DNA of 64,000 nt from Tolypothrix carrinoi HA7290-LM1. GTDB taxonomy: Bacteria; Cyanobacteriota; Cyanobacteriia; Cyanobacteriales; Nostocaceae. The stretch's first letter is position 1. Every line of letters begins with the position of its first letter. Location: assembly GCA_019358935.1 (NCBI GenBank), contig JAHHIK010000038.1, positions 1 through 64,000 on the forward strand, in the 5' to 3' direction. Below the pieces are notes generated by a model. The model made no database searches, was not told the DNA's origin, and saw only the letters and a list, made by a program, of their open reading frames with translations. A program made the position numbers and the translations under genes. Of the stretch, positions 18,080-28,235 are shown in pieces.

Positions 18080-19258
18080 TCAAGAGAGAATATACTGTAC
18101 TAGTTGCTCATAAGTGGGAACATCAGCAGGTAGAAAGGTTTTTAGGTCTATTTTTGATGGTTGGGCTAATGCTGCTAAACGGTTACATTGAATAGCCACA
18201 CAACGATCAAAGATATTTCTCACAAATCTACCATTTCCAAGTTCTCCGATTTGATGTTCAAATTGATTTACTAAATGACGCACTGCTTGGAGAGTCTTCT
18301 CTGAGAACAGATAGCCGTGCTGTTCACACCTAACTTTAAAAATCTCAGCTAACTCGGACGGACAATAGTCTTCAAAGTGAATTGATCTTGCAAATCTGGA
18401 CTTTAGACCAGGATTAGATTCAATAAATCGAGACATTTCTCCCTTATATCCTGCAACAATAACCACCAGATCCTCTCTGTGGTCTTCCATCATTTTTAAA
18501 AGAGTATTGATTGCCTCTTGTCCGTACATATCACCGCGTCCTTTTGGAACAAGAGAGTAAGCTTCATCAATAAAAAGTACACCACCTAAAGCAGATTCAA
18601 TTACTTTTGCTGTTTTAGGTGCTGTTTGTCCTAGGTATTCTGCAACTAAATCAGCCCGATCTACCTCAAGAAAATGCCCTTTTGATAGAACACCAAGATT
18701 TTTGTATATCTCACCTAGAATCCTAGCTACTGTGGTTTTACCTGTTCCGGGATTTCCTGTGAATACAAGATGCCTAGTAATTAAAGGAGCTTTTATACCT
18801 GCTTGAGCTTGCATCTGGGCTACTTTTGCAATATTCACCAACTCCTGAACAGCAGACTTTACAGTATTCAATCCAGTCAATGAATGAAGTTGCTCTAGAC
18901 ATTCCTGAAGCTTATTAGTAACTACTAATGGTTCATTAGCATCAATGTGAGGTTTCTTGCCAATCTCTTTGCAGACCTCTGCTGCCCATTCGTTGCTTAT
19001 TTGTTTAATATGAGTACCCAATAGGTTACGAGCTGTTTTGATTGCATTTTCTTTGGAAGGGGCTTCAGCAAAGAACAAGCAATCTATCTCCAACTGCTTT
19101 TCAGGCTTTTCTAGAAAATTATAAGCATCATCAATGGTACTCCAAGCAGCCCATAACCAAGAATTGCCTGAAGCACAGACACTAAAAACTATAGAATTCC
19201 ACGACATATATACACTAGACCGTAAACACAACGAATTACTCGATGTTATGTTACCCAC
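18080..19258 (-). CDS. SpoVK/CbbX-like AAA+ ATPase with an unknown N-terminal domain
   Basis: HLVFTGNPGTGKTTVAR, GGVLFIDEAYSL, NPGLKSRF, GNGRFVRN. Confidence 0.85.
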   Translation of the reverse strand: MGNITSSNSLCLRSSVYMSWNSIVFSVCASGNSWLWAAWSTIDDAYNFLEKPEKQLEIDCLFFAEAPSKENAIKTARNLLGTHIKQISNEWAAEVCKEIGKKPHIDANEPLVVTNKLQECLEQLHSLTGLNTVKSAVQELVNIAKVAQMQAQAGIKAPLITRHLVFTGNPGTGKTTVARILGEIYKNLGVLSKGHFLEVDRADLVAEYLGQTAPKTAKVIESALGGVLFIDEAYSLVPKGRGDMYGQEAINTLLKMMEDHREDLVVIVAGYKGEMSRFIESNPGLKSRFARSIHFEDYCPSELAEIFKVRCEQHGYLFSEKTLQAVRHLVNQFEHQIGELGNGRFVRNIFDRCVAIQCNRLAALAQPSKIDLKTFLPADVPTYEQLVQYILS

Positions 19259-19297
19259 TCAGATATCAGAATATTCATTTTTCTATTACCACAAACC

Positions 19298-19321
19298 AAA
19301 AAGCCCACATCAGTGGGCTTT
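19298..19321 (-). terminator. Intrinsic terminator of typA
   Basis: AAAGCCCAC-ATCA-GTGGGCTTT hairpin followed by a T-run on the minus strand. Confidence 0.7.
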
Positions 19322-19345
19322 CTAAATCAATTAAGTAACTATTAA

Positions 19346-21136
19346 TTACCGTTTCGCCATCTTCTTCGCCATCTTCCGCAAACGAATAGATTGAGGTGTG
19401 ACTTCTACCAATTCATCGGGACCGATGTACTCTAAAGCGCGTTCTAGACTCATGTCAATTGGTGCTTGCAACTGCACTAATTCGTCACCACCAGCAGCGC
19501 GGTGGTTGGTAAGTTGCTTTGTTTTGCAGATGTTCAGTTCCAAGTCTTGGGGACGATTGTGTTCTCCGACAATCATGCCTCTGTAAACTTTGGTACCGGG
19601 AACGATAAAGAATGCGCCTCTATCTTCGGCATTTTTCATGGCGTAGAAGGTAGAAACGCCTTCTTCAAAGGAAATTAAAACGCCTTTATTACGTGCCTCA
19701 ATATCGCCACTGATACCACGGTAGTCTAGGAAGCTGTGGTTCATGATGCCTTCACCACGAGTCATCCGCATGAATTCACCCCGGAAACCAATCAAACCAC
19801 GGGCAGGAATGACAAATTCTAGCTGGGTGCGGTCATTACTACCAGGTTGCATGTCTTGCATTTCACCTTTGCGTTGTCCTAAGCGTTCGATACAGCTACC
19901 AACTGCATCTACGGGAATGTCCAGTACTAGGAGTTCGTAAGGTTCGCAAGGTTGACCGTTGACTTCGCGGTAGATTACTTGTGGCTGGGATACTTGAAAT
20001 TCAAAACCTTCTCTACGCATGGTTTCGATTAAGATACCCAGGTGAAGTTCACCACGACCGGAAACTAAGAATTTATCAGGAGAATCTGTTTCTTCGACGC
20101 GCAAAGCAACGTTGGTTTCTAATTCGCGGAAAAGGCGATCGCGTACTTGTCGAGATGTCACCAACTTACCTTCTTGACCTGCAAAAGGCGAATCATTCAC
20201 CCAAAAGGTCATTTGCAAGGTTGGTTCATCCACCTTAATTAGTGGCAATGCTTGCGGATCGTTGGGATCAGTAATCGTTTCCCCAATATAAGCATCAGCG
20301 AAACCAGCCACCGCCACAATATAACCTGCGGTTGCTTCTTCCATTTCCACCCGCTTTAGCCCTTCAAAGCCCATCAACTTGCTAACTTTGCCCTTGACAA
20401 TTGTACCCTTTTCTGTTATTAAAGCGGCTTGCTGCCCCATGCGGATAGTACCGTTGTGGATTCTGCCAATGATAATCCGTCCGAGATATTCTGAATAATC
20501 TAAGGTTGTAACTTGCAGTTGCAAAGGCTTAGAAGCATCTCCTACAGGTGGTGGAACATGGCGGAGAATCGCATTAAATAAAGGTTGCATATCTACCGAT
20601 TCTGCTTCCAAGCTTTCCTTGGCGTAACCTCCCATACCAGAGGCAAACAGATAGGTAAAATCACACTGGTCTTCATCTGCCCCTAATTCCAAGAACAGAT
20701 CCAAAACTTTATCAACAGCAACGTGGGGGTCAGCTTGACCACGGTCGATTTTGTTGACAACAACGATGGGACGCAGACCTTTTTCCAAAGCTTTCTTCAG
20801 CACGAAGCGCGTTTGCGGCATGGGACCTTCGTTGGCATCGACAATCAAAAGACACCCGTCAACCATCCCAAGTACGCGTTCGACTTCGCCACCAAAGTCA
20901 GCGTGTCCGGGAGTGTCAACAATATTGATTAGCGTGTCTTTGTAGCGAACTGCTGTATTTTTAGAAAGAATAGTGATACCTCGCTCTCTTTCGAGGGCGT
21001 TAGAGTCCATAACGCAATCCGGAACGTCTTCGCCTTCGCGGAAAATGCCGGATTGTTTGAGGAGTGCATCAACGAGGGTTGTTTTGCCGTGATCTACGTG
21101 GGCAATGATGGCGACGTTACGGATTGGAAGCGTCAT
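19346..21136 (-). CDS. typA: Translational GTPase TypA/BipA
   Basis: [33 protein letters not shown] and the BipA C-terminal domain. Confidence 0.97.
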   Translation of the reverse strand: MTLPIRNVAIIAHVDHGKTTLVDALLKQSGIFREGEDVPDCVMDSNALERERGITILSKNTAVRYKDTLINIVDTPGHADFGGEVERVLGMVDGCLLIVDANEGPMPQTRFVLKKALEKGLRPIVVVNKIDRGQADPHVAVDKVLDLFLELGADEDQCDFTYLFASGMGGYAKESLEAESVDMQPLFNAILRHVPPPVGDASKPLQLQVTTLDYSEYLGRIIIGRIHNGTIRMGQQAALITEKGTIVKGKVSKLMGFEGLKRVEMEEATAGYIVAVAGFADAYIGETITDPNDPQALPLIKVDEPTLQMTFWVNDSPFAGQEGKLVTSRQVRDRLFRELETNVALRVEETDSPDKFLVSGRGELHLGILIETMRREGFEFQVSQPQVIYREVNGQPCEPYELLVLDIPVDAVGSCIERLGQRKGEMQDMQPGSNDRTQLEFVIPARGLIGFRGEFMRMTRGEGIMNHSFLDYRGISGDIEARNKGVLISFEEGVSTFYAMKNAEDRGAFFIVPGTKVYRGMIVGEHNRPQDLELNICKTKQLTNHRAAGGDELVQLQAPIDMSLERALEYIGPDELVEVTPQSIRLRKMAKKMAKR

Positions 21137-21422
21137 AAAAGAGGGCGTTCTGTGAACTATAGAGGAAATTTTCAGACTTACTTGTAATAAATACTGAGTT
21201 GATCTAACAGAATTAGGAATTGTATGCAAACTCTGTAAAGAACCTTTAACAATTCTAGCTTAAACGTCACAATTCCGGCACGTTTTCGCAACGAAACGCC
21301 ATGAAGCAATTTAAAATTTAATTTTCGGTTGAAATCGAGTTTGTGCTTTCTTTGCAGCAGTTATATAGATTCGCTGTGACTTTTGTAACACACGACAAGC
21401 GGTTGAGATGCACTCTTGCTGA

Positions 21423-21869
21423 TTATGAAACGGGCACAAGTGTTTGTTTAACTTGGAGATAATCACTCCGTAAGGACTCTATATCTGTTTGAGAAAGAGC
21501 ACTCTTTATTAAGCGCACCAATTGCCCCCAAGTGTGAAGTTGAGCGACAGAAACGGCTTGCATGAATTTATGCTGATAGAATTTAAACCAAAAGTCTGGT
21601 GCTTTCTTGCTTTCGCTTTTCTTCCAGCGCTTGCGCCAGCAAAGAAAATCTTGAGTTTTTGGCGGTTCGGCTTCTATAATTGGTGGCAGGTCGGCGTAAC
21701 TGACAAACCGAGTCTTTCCTTGGGCTATTACCAGAATTACATATCGCCACAAGCGGATATCTTTGATTTGCTCGACTTTGATGTTGAGAAGTAGAGCGAT
21801 CGCTTCTGGAGTGACAAATCTTGCTAACGGATTAACTGGCTCTGATTCCTGCTGCGGTGTTATCATCAT
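21423..21869 (-). CDS. Hypothetical protein divergent from the XRE regulators
   Basis: 148-aa ORF with no recognised motif. Confidence 0.65.
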   Translation of the reverse strand: MMITPQQESEPVNPLARFVTPEAIALLLNIKVEQIKDIRLWRYVILVIAQGKTRFVSYADLPPIIEAEPPKTQDFLCWRKRWKKSESKKAPDFWFKFYQHKFMQAVSVAQLHTWGQLVRLIKSALSQTDIESLRSDYLQVKQTLVPVS

Positions 21870-21934
21870 AGTACAACTCGAACTTAAGGTTAGTACAACT
21901 CGAACTTAGGGATAGTACAACTCGAACTTCGGGT
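21869..21934. repeat. Three tandem 22-bp repeats TAGTACAACTCGAACTT-N5
   Basis: Copies start at 21869, 21891 and 21913. Confidence 0.85.
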
Positions 21935-22051
21935 TAGGAGAACCCGTTATTGGGTTTTTCGGTTTATAGGCGATCGCTTTAGTTTGCAAGACGGGGGCGA
22001 TCGCTTTTAATATATACTAGATTAAAGCTGAGAATTAGGCGCTTGTCAAGT

Positions 22052-22264
22052 ATGGGAATGGTCAGGTTACGAATTAAAGAGTTTACAGATAAAGAAGGCT
22101 GGACGCTTAAGGAATTAGCCGATCGCTCTGGAGTCCCATACGGTACGATTAAAACCTACGCACGACTGCCAGAACGAGCAACTGTTGACCTGACTGCCTT
22201 AAAAAAGTTGGCTTCTACGTTTAATGTTTTGCTAGAAGACTTGTTTGATGTGGTTGAAAAGTAG
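22052..22264 (+). CDS. XRE-family HTH regulator (copy 1)
   Basis: LRIKE...GWTLKELADRSGVPYGTI...LASTFNV.LEDL. Confidence 0.85.
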   Translation: MGMVRLRIKEFTDKEGWTLKELADRSGVPYGTIKTYARLPERATVDLTALKKLASTFNVLLEDLFDVVEK

Positions 22265-22435
22265 TTGATGTGCTTGTAGTAATGCGGTGTTATCATGAAC
22301 GGTAGATGCTCACAATCACTGGTTATTTAGATGTTTGTGGGTTTTATGCAAGCGATCAGTTTAAGTTGTCAGATCGTCCTGGATCGCTTTTAATCTCTAA
22401 AAATATTAAAGTTGAAATGCCGGCGTTTGTCAAGT

Positions 22436-22648
22436 ATGGGATTAGTTAAGTTACGAATTCGAGAGTTTGCTGGTAAACAAGGATGGACTCTCAAGGAAGT
22501 CTCAGAACGTTCAGGAGTCCCATACGGCACGATTAAAACTTATGCGTTGTCTGATGGAATGGCAATGGCTGATGTGACTGCACTATTCAAATTAGCGCGG
22601 ACTTTCAATGTTTTGATTGAAGATTTGGTTGAGATAGTCAAAGAGTAG
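22436..22648 (+). CDS. XRE-family HTH regulator (copy 2)
   Basis: Paralog of copy 1 (GWTLKEVSERSGVPYGTIKTYA). Confidence 0.85.
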   Translation: MGLVKLRIREFAGKQGWTLKEVSERSGVPYGTIKTYALSDGMAMADVTALFKLARTFNVLIEDLVEIVKE

Positions 22649-22724
22649 TTGATGCGATCGCGCACTCATAGCCATTTTTCCAGTTTATGCCATAATTGAC
22701 ACCAGTATTTTTGGATTGTCAGTA

Positions 22725-23843
22725 ATGGCTTGGAAATCAGGGAATCAGTTGCAAAGCGGTAAATACACAATTGACAAAGAATTAGGCGAAGGTGGCTTTG
22801 GTATAACTTATCGCGCTACAGATAATAACGGGCGTTATTTTGTCATCAAGACTTTAAATGATACTGTGCAACGCCGCCCAGATTTTGCTAAATTTCAGCA
22901 AGATTTCTTGAATGAAGCGATAAAGTTAGCAAAATGTACTCATCCCCATATCGTGCGGATAGATGAAGTCATCCAAGAGGGTGCGTTGTGGTGCATGGTC
23001 ATGGAATATATTGATGGGGAAGATTTAGCAAGTTTGGTTGAGAATCAAGGTGCTTTATCTGAAGCACAAGCATTACGCTACATTCAGCAGATTGGTGAAG
23101 CGCTAATTGTAGTTCATAATAACAACTTGTTGCATAGAGATATTAAGCCACAAAATATCATGTTGCGTTCTGGTAATTTGCAAGCTGTGTTAATTGACTT
23201 TGGCATTGCTTTGGGAGTTTAGCCCAAATTTGACAAAGACGCATACGCAAATATTATCTGATGGCTTTGCACCGATTGAGCAATATGACAAAAGAGCAAA
23301 AAGAGGTGCTTATAGTGATGTTTATGCTTCTTCGGCAACTTTGTATGCCATTTTAACAGGAGAAGCACCAACAATGTCTCCAGTGAGGGCTATTGGTACG
23401 CAGTTGGTGGAACCAAAAAAGATTAATTCTAGTATTAGTGAAAAAGTGAATCAAGCAATTATTAAAGGGATGGAAATAAAAGCAAGCGATCGCCCTCAAT
23501 CAATAAAGGAGTGGTTAGCATTACTTTCTTATAATCTGGTTGGAACTTGGTATGGTGAGTTTGGTAGTGGTAAGGCTACTCTCTCAATCACTAGCCAGTC
23601 TGGGGATTATTTGATGGAACTTTAATACACGAACACTGGTGGAATGGGACAGCTAAAATTTATATCAATGGCAACGTTAACTCTAAAACAAGTGCAGTAA
23701 CAATACGAGAAATTAAAATAATATCAGGCTACTGGAGACTCGGAGAAAATCAAGGTACATTATCATCTGATGGTAAGCTAATATCTGGGCAAGGAAAAGA
23801 TAGAAAAGGTTTATACTCATGGTCATTCAAAAGGCTAAATTGA
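22725..23843 (+). pseudogene. Ser/Thr protein kinase pseudogene with two frameshifts (~23211 and ~23610)
   Basis: LGEGGFGITY, HRDIKPQN and DFG in one frame, GFAPIEQY in the next, and a C-terminal beta-domain in a third frame ending at TGA 23843. Confidence 0.85.
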
Positions 23844-23930
23844 AGTAGAAGAGTATATTTTTTTGTTGCATGATGCGATCGCCTACGGCGGGCGCTTTGC
23901 GCCATCGCACTTTGCCTGTAAAATCAATTC

Positions 23931-24275
23931 ATGGAAGCACAACCAAGAGAAATTCGACGCTACCTCACCTTAGAAGGCAAAATTCCTTTCGCTGACTGGT
24001 TAGATTCGCTGCGCGATCGCAAAGCTAAAACTATTATAGAGAAAAGACTTAACCGAGTTAGTTTAGGCAATTTGGGAGATTATCGTTCAGTCGGTGAAGG
24101 TGTATGTGAATTAAGAATAGACTACGGTTCCGGCTATCGAATATATTTTGGACAACTGGGAACAATCGCGGTGCTTCTTCTGTGTGGAGGTGATAAAAGC
24201 ACTCAAGACCAAGATATTCGCAGCGCAATAGAATACTGGATAGACTATAGGAGACGAGAAAATGCCAACCAGTGA
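23931..24275 (+). CDS. RelE/ParE-superfamily addiction-module toxin
   Basis: GNLGDYRSVGEGVCELRIDYGSGYRIYF...LLCGGDKSTQ. Confidence 0.9.
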   Translation: MEAQPREIRRYLTLEGKIPFADWLDSLRDRKAKTIIEKRLNRVSLGNLGDYRSVGEGVCELRIDYGSGYRIYFGQLGTIAVLLLCGGDKSTQDQDIRSAIEYWIDYRRRENANQ

Positions 24276-24621
24276 TAGTTATTATGATGATTTGATTTTA
24301 CGCCTCAAAGACACAAGTTACGCATCTCTCTATCTCGAAACTCATTTTGAATTGGAAGAAGGTGAAGAACCAGATCCTAAACTGCTGAAACTTGCATTAA
24401 GCCATGTAGCTGAAGCGCTTGGTGAACAAAATATGACCCCAGAACAAGCAAAACTGCATCGAGAAAAACTAGACGAATTGCTATTACAACGCGGCAGCGA
24501 GGCGATTTATAATCTGGGAACTTGGTTAAATGCTTTCGGATTAAAACTAACTGTTACTGTTACGGAAAAAGCAGATAATAGCAATACAAATGCTGCGATT
24601 AGCTCCGAATTAACTGTTTAG
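24262..24621 (+). CDS. Cognate addiction-module antitoxin
   Basis: Overlaps the toxin stop; LKD..YA..YL...LAL..VAEA...GLKL pattern. Confidence 0.7.
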   Translation: MPTSDSYYDDLILRLKDTSYASLYLETHFELEEGEEPDPKLLKLALSHVAEALGEQNMTPEQAKLHREKLDELLLQRGSEAIYNLGTWLNAFGLKLTVTVTEKADNSNTNAAISSELTV

Positions 24622-24659
24622 GAACTAGAAGATTTATAACGATTTATAACAATTTGCAC

Positions 24660-24752
24660 CCTCTCCTCTTCCTCCGCGTTCTCTCTCTTGAAAAGGTCTG
24701 ATCGGAGGAAACCTCCGCTCAGACTTTTCGCTGCTTCCTCTGCGGTTCGTTA
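24660..24752. repeat. Dispersed palindromic repeat (GAAAAGGTCTGATCGGAGGAAACCTCCGCTCAGACTTTTC); relatives at 33290-33425 and 53858-54066
   Basis: Direct sequence match between copies. Confidence 0.75.
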
Positions 24753-24768
24753 TTAAATCAACACCACT

Positions 24769-25338
24769 CTACAATAACCTTTTTAAAGGCAACGTAAATC
24801 CCGGTACAACATCTTCACCGCTTAAAATTGCCGTTGCCGGATATTGAGTAATTGAATTATCAATTCGATAAACAAAAGCTTGTTGATTATGACGGTCAAT
24901 TAACCATCCCAAACGTACACCATTGGCAATATATTCTGCCATTTTTGCCTTGAGTTTTTCCAAGCTGTCATTTTTAGAACGAATTTCAATGACAAAATCA
25001 GGTGCTAAATTGATAAATTGGTCTTCTTGCTCATCCCAACCTTTTGGTAAGCGTCCTTTAGCCACAAAAGCAGCATCAGGAGATTTTACAGCAGAATTGG
25101 GTAATCTAAAACCAGTACTTGAACTAAAAACTTCACCCAAATCTTGACTTTCTACCCAAGTTAGCAGATAAGCTATTCCTTTCGCCTCTCGATTTCCAGA
25201 AATTCCCCCAGTTGGTGGCATAGTTTCCAAACTTCCATCCGCATTACGTTCAAATCGCAGTTCTGGATTCTCTGAACTCATTTGCATCAAATCTTCATCA
25301 GAGTACCAAGACGGCAAAATCGCTTTTTCGCTTTTCAT
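24769..25338 (-). CDS. Uma2-family (DUF820) endonuclease-like protein
   Basis: SPDAAFV, APDFVIEIRS, Y..NGVRLGWLID. Confidence 0.92.
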   Translation of the reverse strand: MKSEKAILPSWYSDEDLMQMSSENPELRFERNADGSLETMPPTGGISGNREAKGIAYLLTWVESQDLGEVFSSSTGFRLPNSAVKSPDAAFVAKGRLPKGWDEQEDQFINLAPDFVIEIRSKNDSLEKLKAKMAEYIANGVRLGWLIDRHNQQAFVYRIDNSITQYPATAILSGEDVVPGFTLPLKRLL

Positions 25339-25490
25339 AACTATGCCATAGCAAGCTAGATAGATAATACAATTTTAGGCACAGATGCTCTTCGGGGCGC
25401 GTTAGGAGCGCCTAGTAAGGTTGGTTAAAATTGACACCATCACTCGTGCATTGAAAAGCATTTTCAGGTAAAGTGCTTTTCAATAATATT

Positions 25491-26087
25491 ATGCTTGATA
25501 AAATGCTTTCAGAACGCTTTACCGAAGCCCTTACCTACGCTACACAACTTCACGCCAAGCAAATTCGTAAAGGTTCGGGTGTTCCTTATATCGCTCATTT
25601 ATTAGGTGTTACCAGTATTGCCTTAGAATATGGGGCAAATGAAGATGAAGCGATCGCAGCACTATTACATGATGCCATAGAAGACCAAGGTGGAGCGGCG
25701 ACAAGAGAAGAAATTCGCCGTCGCTTTGGAGACAATGTAACAGCAATTGTCGATGGTTGCACTGACTGTGACACCATACCCAAACCACCTTGGCGACAAC
25801 GCAAAGAAGCATATATTGCTCATATTTGCACAGCATCGCCATCGGTGTTACTTGTTTCCGGAGCCGATAAACTGTATAATGCTCAATCGATTCGCAAAGA
25901 TTATCGCGTGTTGGGCGAATCACTTTGGGAACGCTTCAAAGGTGGCAAAGAAGGTACTCTTTGGTATTATCGATCACTTGTAGATACTTTCCACAAAACT
26001 GGATCGATCCCAATGATTGAAGAATTAGAAAAAGTGGTTTCAGAAATAGAAGTTTTGGCTAGTTCCGCTGATTACTCGGGTGGGTGA
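25491..26087 (+). CDS. HD-domain protein, small alarmone hydrolase (Mesh1/SpoT-hydrolase-like)
   Basis: H..Q.RKGSGVPYIAH, AALLHDAIED, ADKLYN. Confidence 0.85.
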   Translation: MLDKMLSERFTEALTYATQLHAKQIRKGSGVPYIAHLLGVTSIALEYGANEDEAIAALLHDAIEDQGGAATREEIRRRFGDNVTAIVDGCTDCDTIPKPPWRQRKEAYIAHICTASPSVLLVSGADKLYNAQSIRKDYRVLGESLWERFKGGKEGTLWYYRSLVDTFHKTGSIPMIEELEKVVSEIEVLASSADYSGG

Positions 26088-27148
26088 GGAATAGTAATAG
26101 AACCAAATTCAGTTGACTTGCTGTTTTTAATCGCATCGAAAGTACCTTTAATAGTACCTGCGATCGGCACAGCAACGAGTGTTCCCAATAACCCAGCAAT
26201 TTCAAATCCCATCAAAATAGAAACAAAAATCCAAATAGGATTAAGTCCGATAAAATCGCCGAGTAATTTCGGCGCTATCAAATTATCTTTAATCTGCTGC
26301 AACAAAATCGCTGCTATTGCGACTTGAATTGCTAACCACCAACTTTGCAGCAGTACCAAAATTGTCACCAAACCAATACCAAGAGACGCCCCAATAAAGG
26401 GAATTAGTTCGGAGATACCAATAAGTATGGCAAACAACAAAGCAAACGGTACCTTCAGAATCAAGAAAATCGGGGTGAGGGTGACTATCATAAACAGCCC
26501 CAACAAAAGTTGGCTGAGGAAGAAGTAGTGGAAATTGAGGCGCAAAGATGTAATTAAGGGGACTCGAATGTTAGCCGGTAAGAGATTAACCAAACCAGAC
26601 CAAACGCGATCGCCATACAAAAGCATGTAAAATGCCAGTACGACTATTAACACTATATTGAGTAATCCTGATAGCAGCGTTCCAGCCACACCCACAGCAC
26701 TAGAGGCTAGTTGTTGCACCACATTCTGAATACTGACATTGATTTGATTACTCACCACCCTTAAATCTAATGGTAAACGCCGCTGTCTCGCCAAAACCTC
26801 AAACTGCTTTAGGTTTTCTTGACTAGCGCTTAACAAACCAGGAATCTTATTTAAAAGTTGAAGCGTTTGGTCAACTACTATCGGCACTAAGGTGACACCC
26901 AGAATCACAAACAGCGTTAAAGCTGCCAGCAAAACTATAATTACTGCCTGAGTACGCGTAATTCGAGCGCGTTCAAAAAATTTCACTGGATAATTCAGTA
27001 AAAAAGCAAGAATCGCCGCAACGATCAAAATGGTAATTGGATGCTGAAATAACTGATAAAACTGAGATACCAGCCAAATATTCAGAGCGATAATCGGACC
27101 GCTCAGACCATAGAATAACAGACTTTTAACGGAGGCTGAACGGCGCAT
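26072..27148 (-). CDS. AI-2E family transporter
   Basis: Multi-TM protein with IPFIGA, DNLIAPKLLG and GLNPIW motifs. Confidence 0.9.
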   Translation of the reverse strand: MRRSASVKSLLFYGLSGPIIALNIWLVSQFYQLFQHPITILIVAAILAFLLNYPVKFFERARITRTQAVIIVLLAALTLFVILGVTLVPIVVDQTLQLLNKIPGLLSASQENLKQFEVLARQRRLPLDLRVVSNQINVSIQNVVQQLASSAVGVAGTLLSGLLNIVLIVVLAFYMLLYGDRVWSGLVNLLPANIRVPLITSLRLNFHYFFLSQLLLGLFMIVTLTPIFLILKVPFALLFAILIGISELIPFIGASLGIGLVTILVLLQSWWLAIQVAIAAILLQQIKDNLIAPKLLGDFIGLNPIWIFVSILMGFEIAGLLGTLVAVPIAGTIKGTFDAIKNSKSTEFGSITIPHPPE

Positions 27149-27284
27149 ATTGGCTGGGGACTCTTTACTGGGGACTGGGGAGCGATCTTGCAGGATAGGT
27201 AAGACTCAGCTGGTGCTGATGAATATGATAAATATTTTTAACAAAGATATGTAAGCGTAGCTGATAAAAAGGAAGCAAATCATC

Positions 27285-27929
27285 ATGGACAAAACTATAG
27301 CTGACCTTCGCAAAGATTATACCTTGGAAGGTCTAAGCGTCTCGGAAGTTGATTTAAATCCTTTTAAACAGTTTAAAAAATGGTTCAATCAGGCACTAGA
27401 TGCCCAACTTCCCGAACCGAATGCCATGACTATTGCCACTGCTACACCAGAGGGCAATCCGTCGGCAAGAATGGTGCTACTGAAAGATTTTGATGAGCGG
27501 GGTTTTGTTTTTTACACTAACTATAACAGTCAAAAAGGACAAGAATTAGCAGAAAATCCCCAGGCATCTCTTGTTTTTTGGTGGGCGGAACTAGAACGAC
27601 AAGTCCGTATTTCTGGACGGGTTGAGAAAGTTTCTGAATACGAGTCAAATGAGTATTTTCACAGTCGCCCGTTAAATAGTCGCCTGGGTGCGTGGGCATC
27701 TAATCAAAGCGAGGTGATAGAAAACAGAGAAGTTCTTGAGCAACGCTTGCAAGAACTTCAGGTAAAATATGAAAATCAAGATGTGCCGCGACCGCACCAC
27801 TGGGGAGGGGTGCGAGTGATCCCCACAAAAATTGAGTTTTGGCAAGGACGCCCCAGCCGCCTCCACGATCGCTTGCTTTATACTTGCTTGGATGATAAAA
27901 CTTGGAAAATAGAGCGTTTGTCACCTTAA
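27285..27929 (+). CDS. pdxH: Pyridoxamine 5'-phosphate oxidase
   Basis: [32 protein letters not shown]. Confidence 0.97.
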   Translation: MDKTIADLRKDYTLEGLSVSEVDLNPFKQFKKWFNQALDAQLPEPNAMTIATATPEGNPSARMVLLKDFDERGFVFYTNYNSQKGQELAENPQASLVFWWAELERQVRISGRVEKVSEYESNEYFHSRPLNSRLGAWASNQSEVIENREVLEQRLQELQVKYENQDVPRPHHWGGVRVIPTKIEFWQGRPSRLHDRLLYTCLDDKTWKIERLSP

Positions 27930-28090
27930 TCGTTTTCGTCTAGCCAAGGTGGTATTGCACCTATTAATTGCTTGGGTGGTTCTATTCCACGAGAACCACC
28001 CGGCTCAGTTTTGCGAGGTTTGCCGATATTTGGCGGCTTGATATCTCTTTCGGAACCACCCTTTTGTTCTTTATTTTTGTCATCGCTCAT
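27926..28090 (-). CDS. Unannotated 54-aa peptide [54 protein letters not shown]
   Basis: AAGGAG RBS upstream of ATG 28090; stop overlaps the pdxH stop; lies downstream of the 28224 ORF. Confidence 0.55.
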   Translation of the reverse strand: MSDDKNKEQKGGSERDIKPPNIGKPRKTEPGGSRGIEPPKQLIGAIPPWLDEND

Positions 28091-28107
28091 TTTATACTCT
28101 CCTTATG

Positions 28108-28235
28108 AATTGGGAATTGGGAATTGGGCAATGGGCATTGGGCATTGGGAATTGGGAATTGGGAATTGAGAATTGGTAATTGGTAATTATTTTTATTACC
28201 CATTACCCATTCCCCATTACCCATTACCCATTACC
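28108..28235. repeat. STRR heptamer tracts (ATTGGGA / TTACCCA etc.); similar tracts at 31965-32230, 34195-34230, 37258-37410, 38055-38200, 42910-43210, 47443-47535 and 52480-52790
   Basis: Tandem 6-7-mer arrays, often arranged as inverted pairs. Confidence 0.9.

Noticed and set aside
18080..19258. cbbX Rubisco activase
   Set aside because: It has an extra N-terminal domain and no Rubisco gene context.
21869..21934. Mini-CRISPR or LexA boxes
   Set aside because: Only 5 variable bases separate the units, and AGTAC is not followed by the GTWC half-site of the cyanobacterial LexA box.
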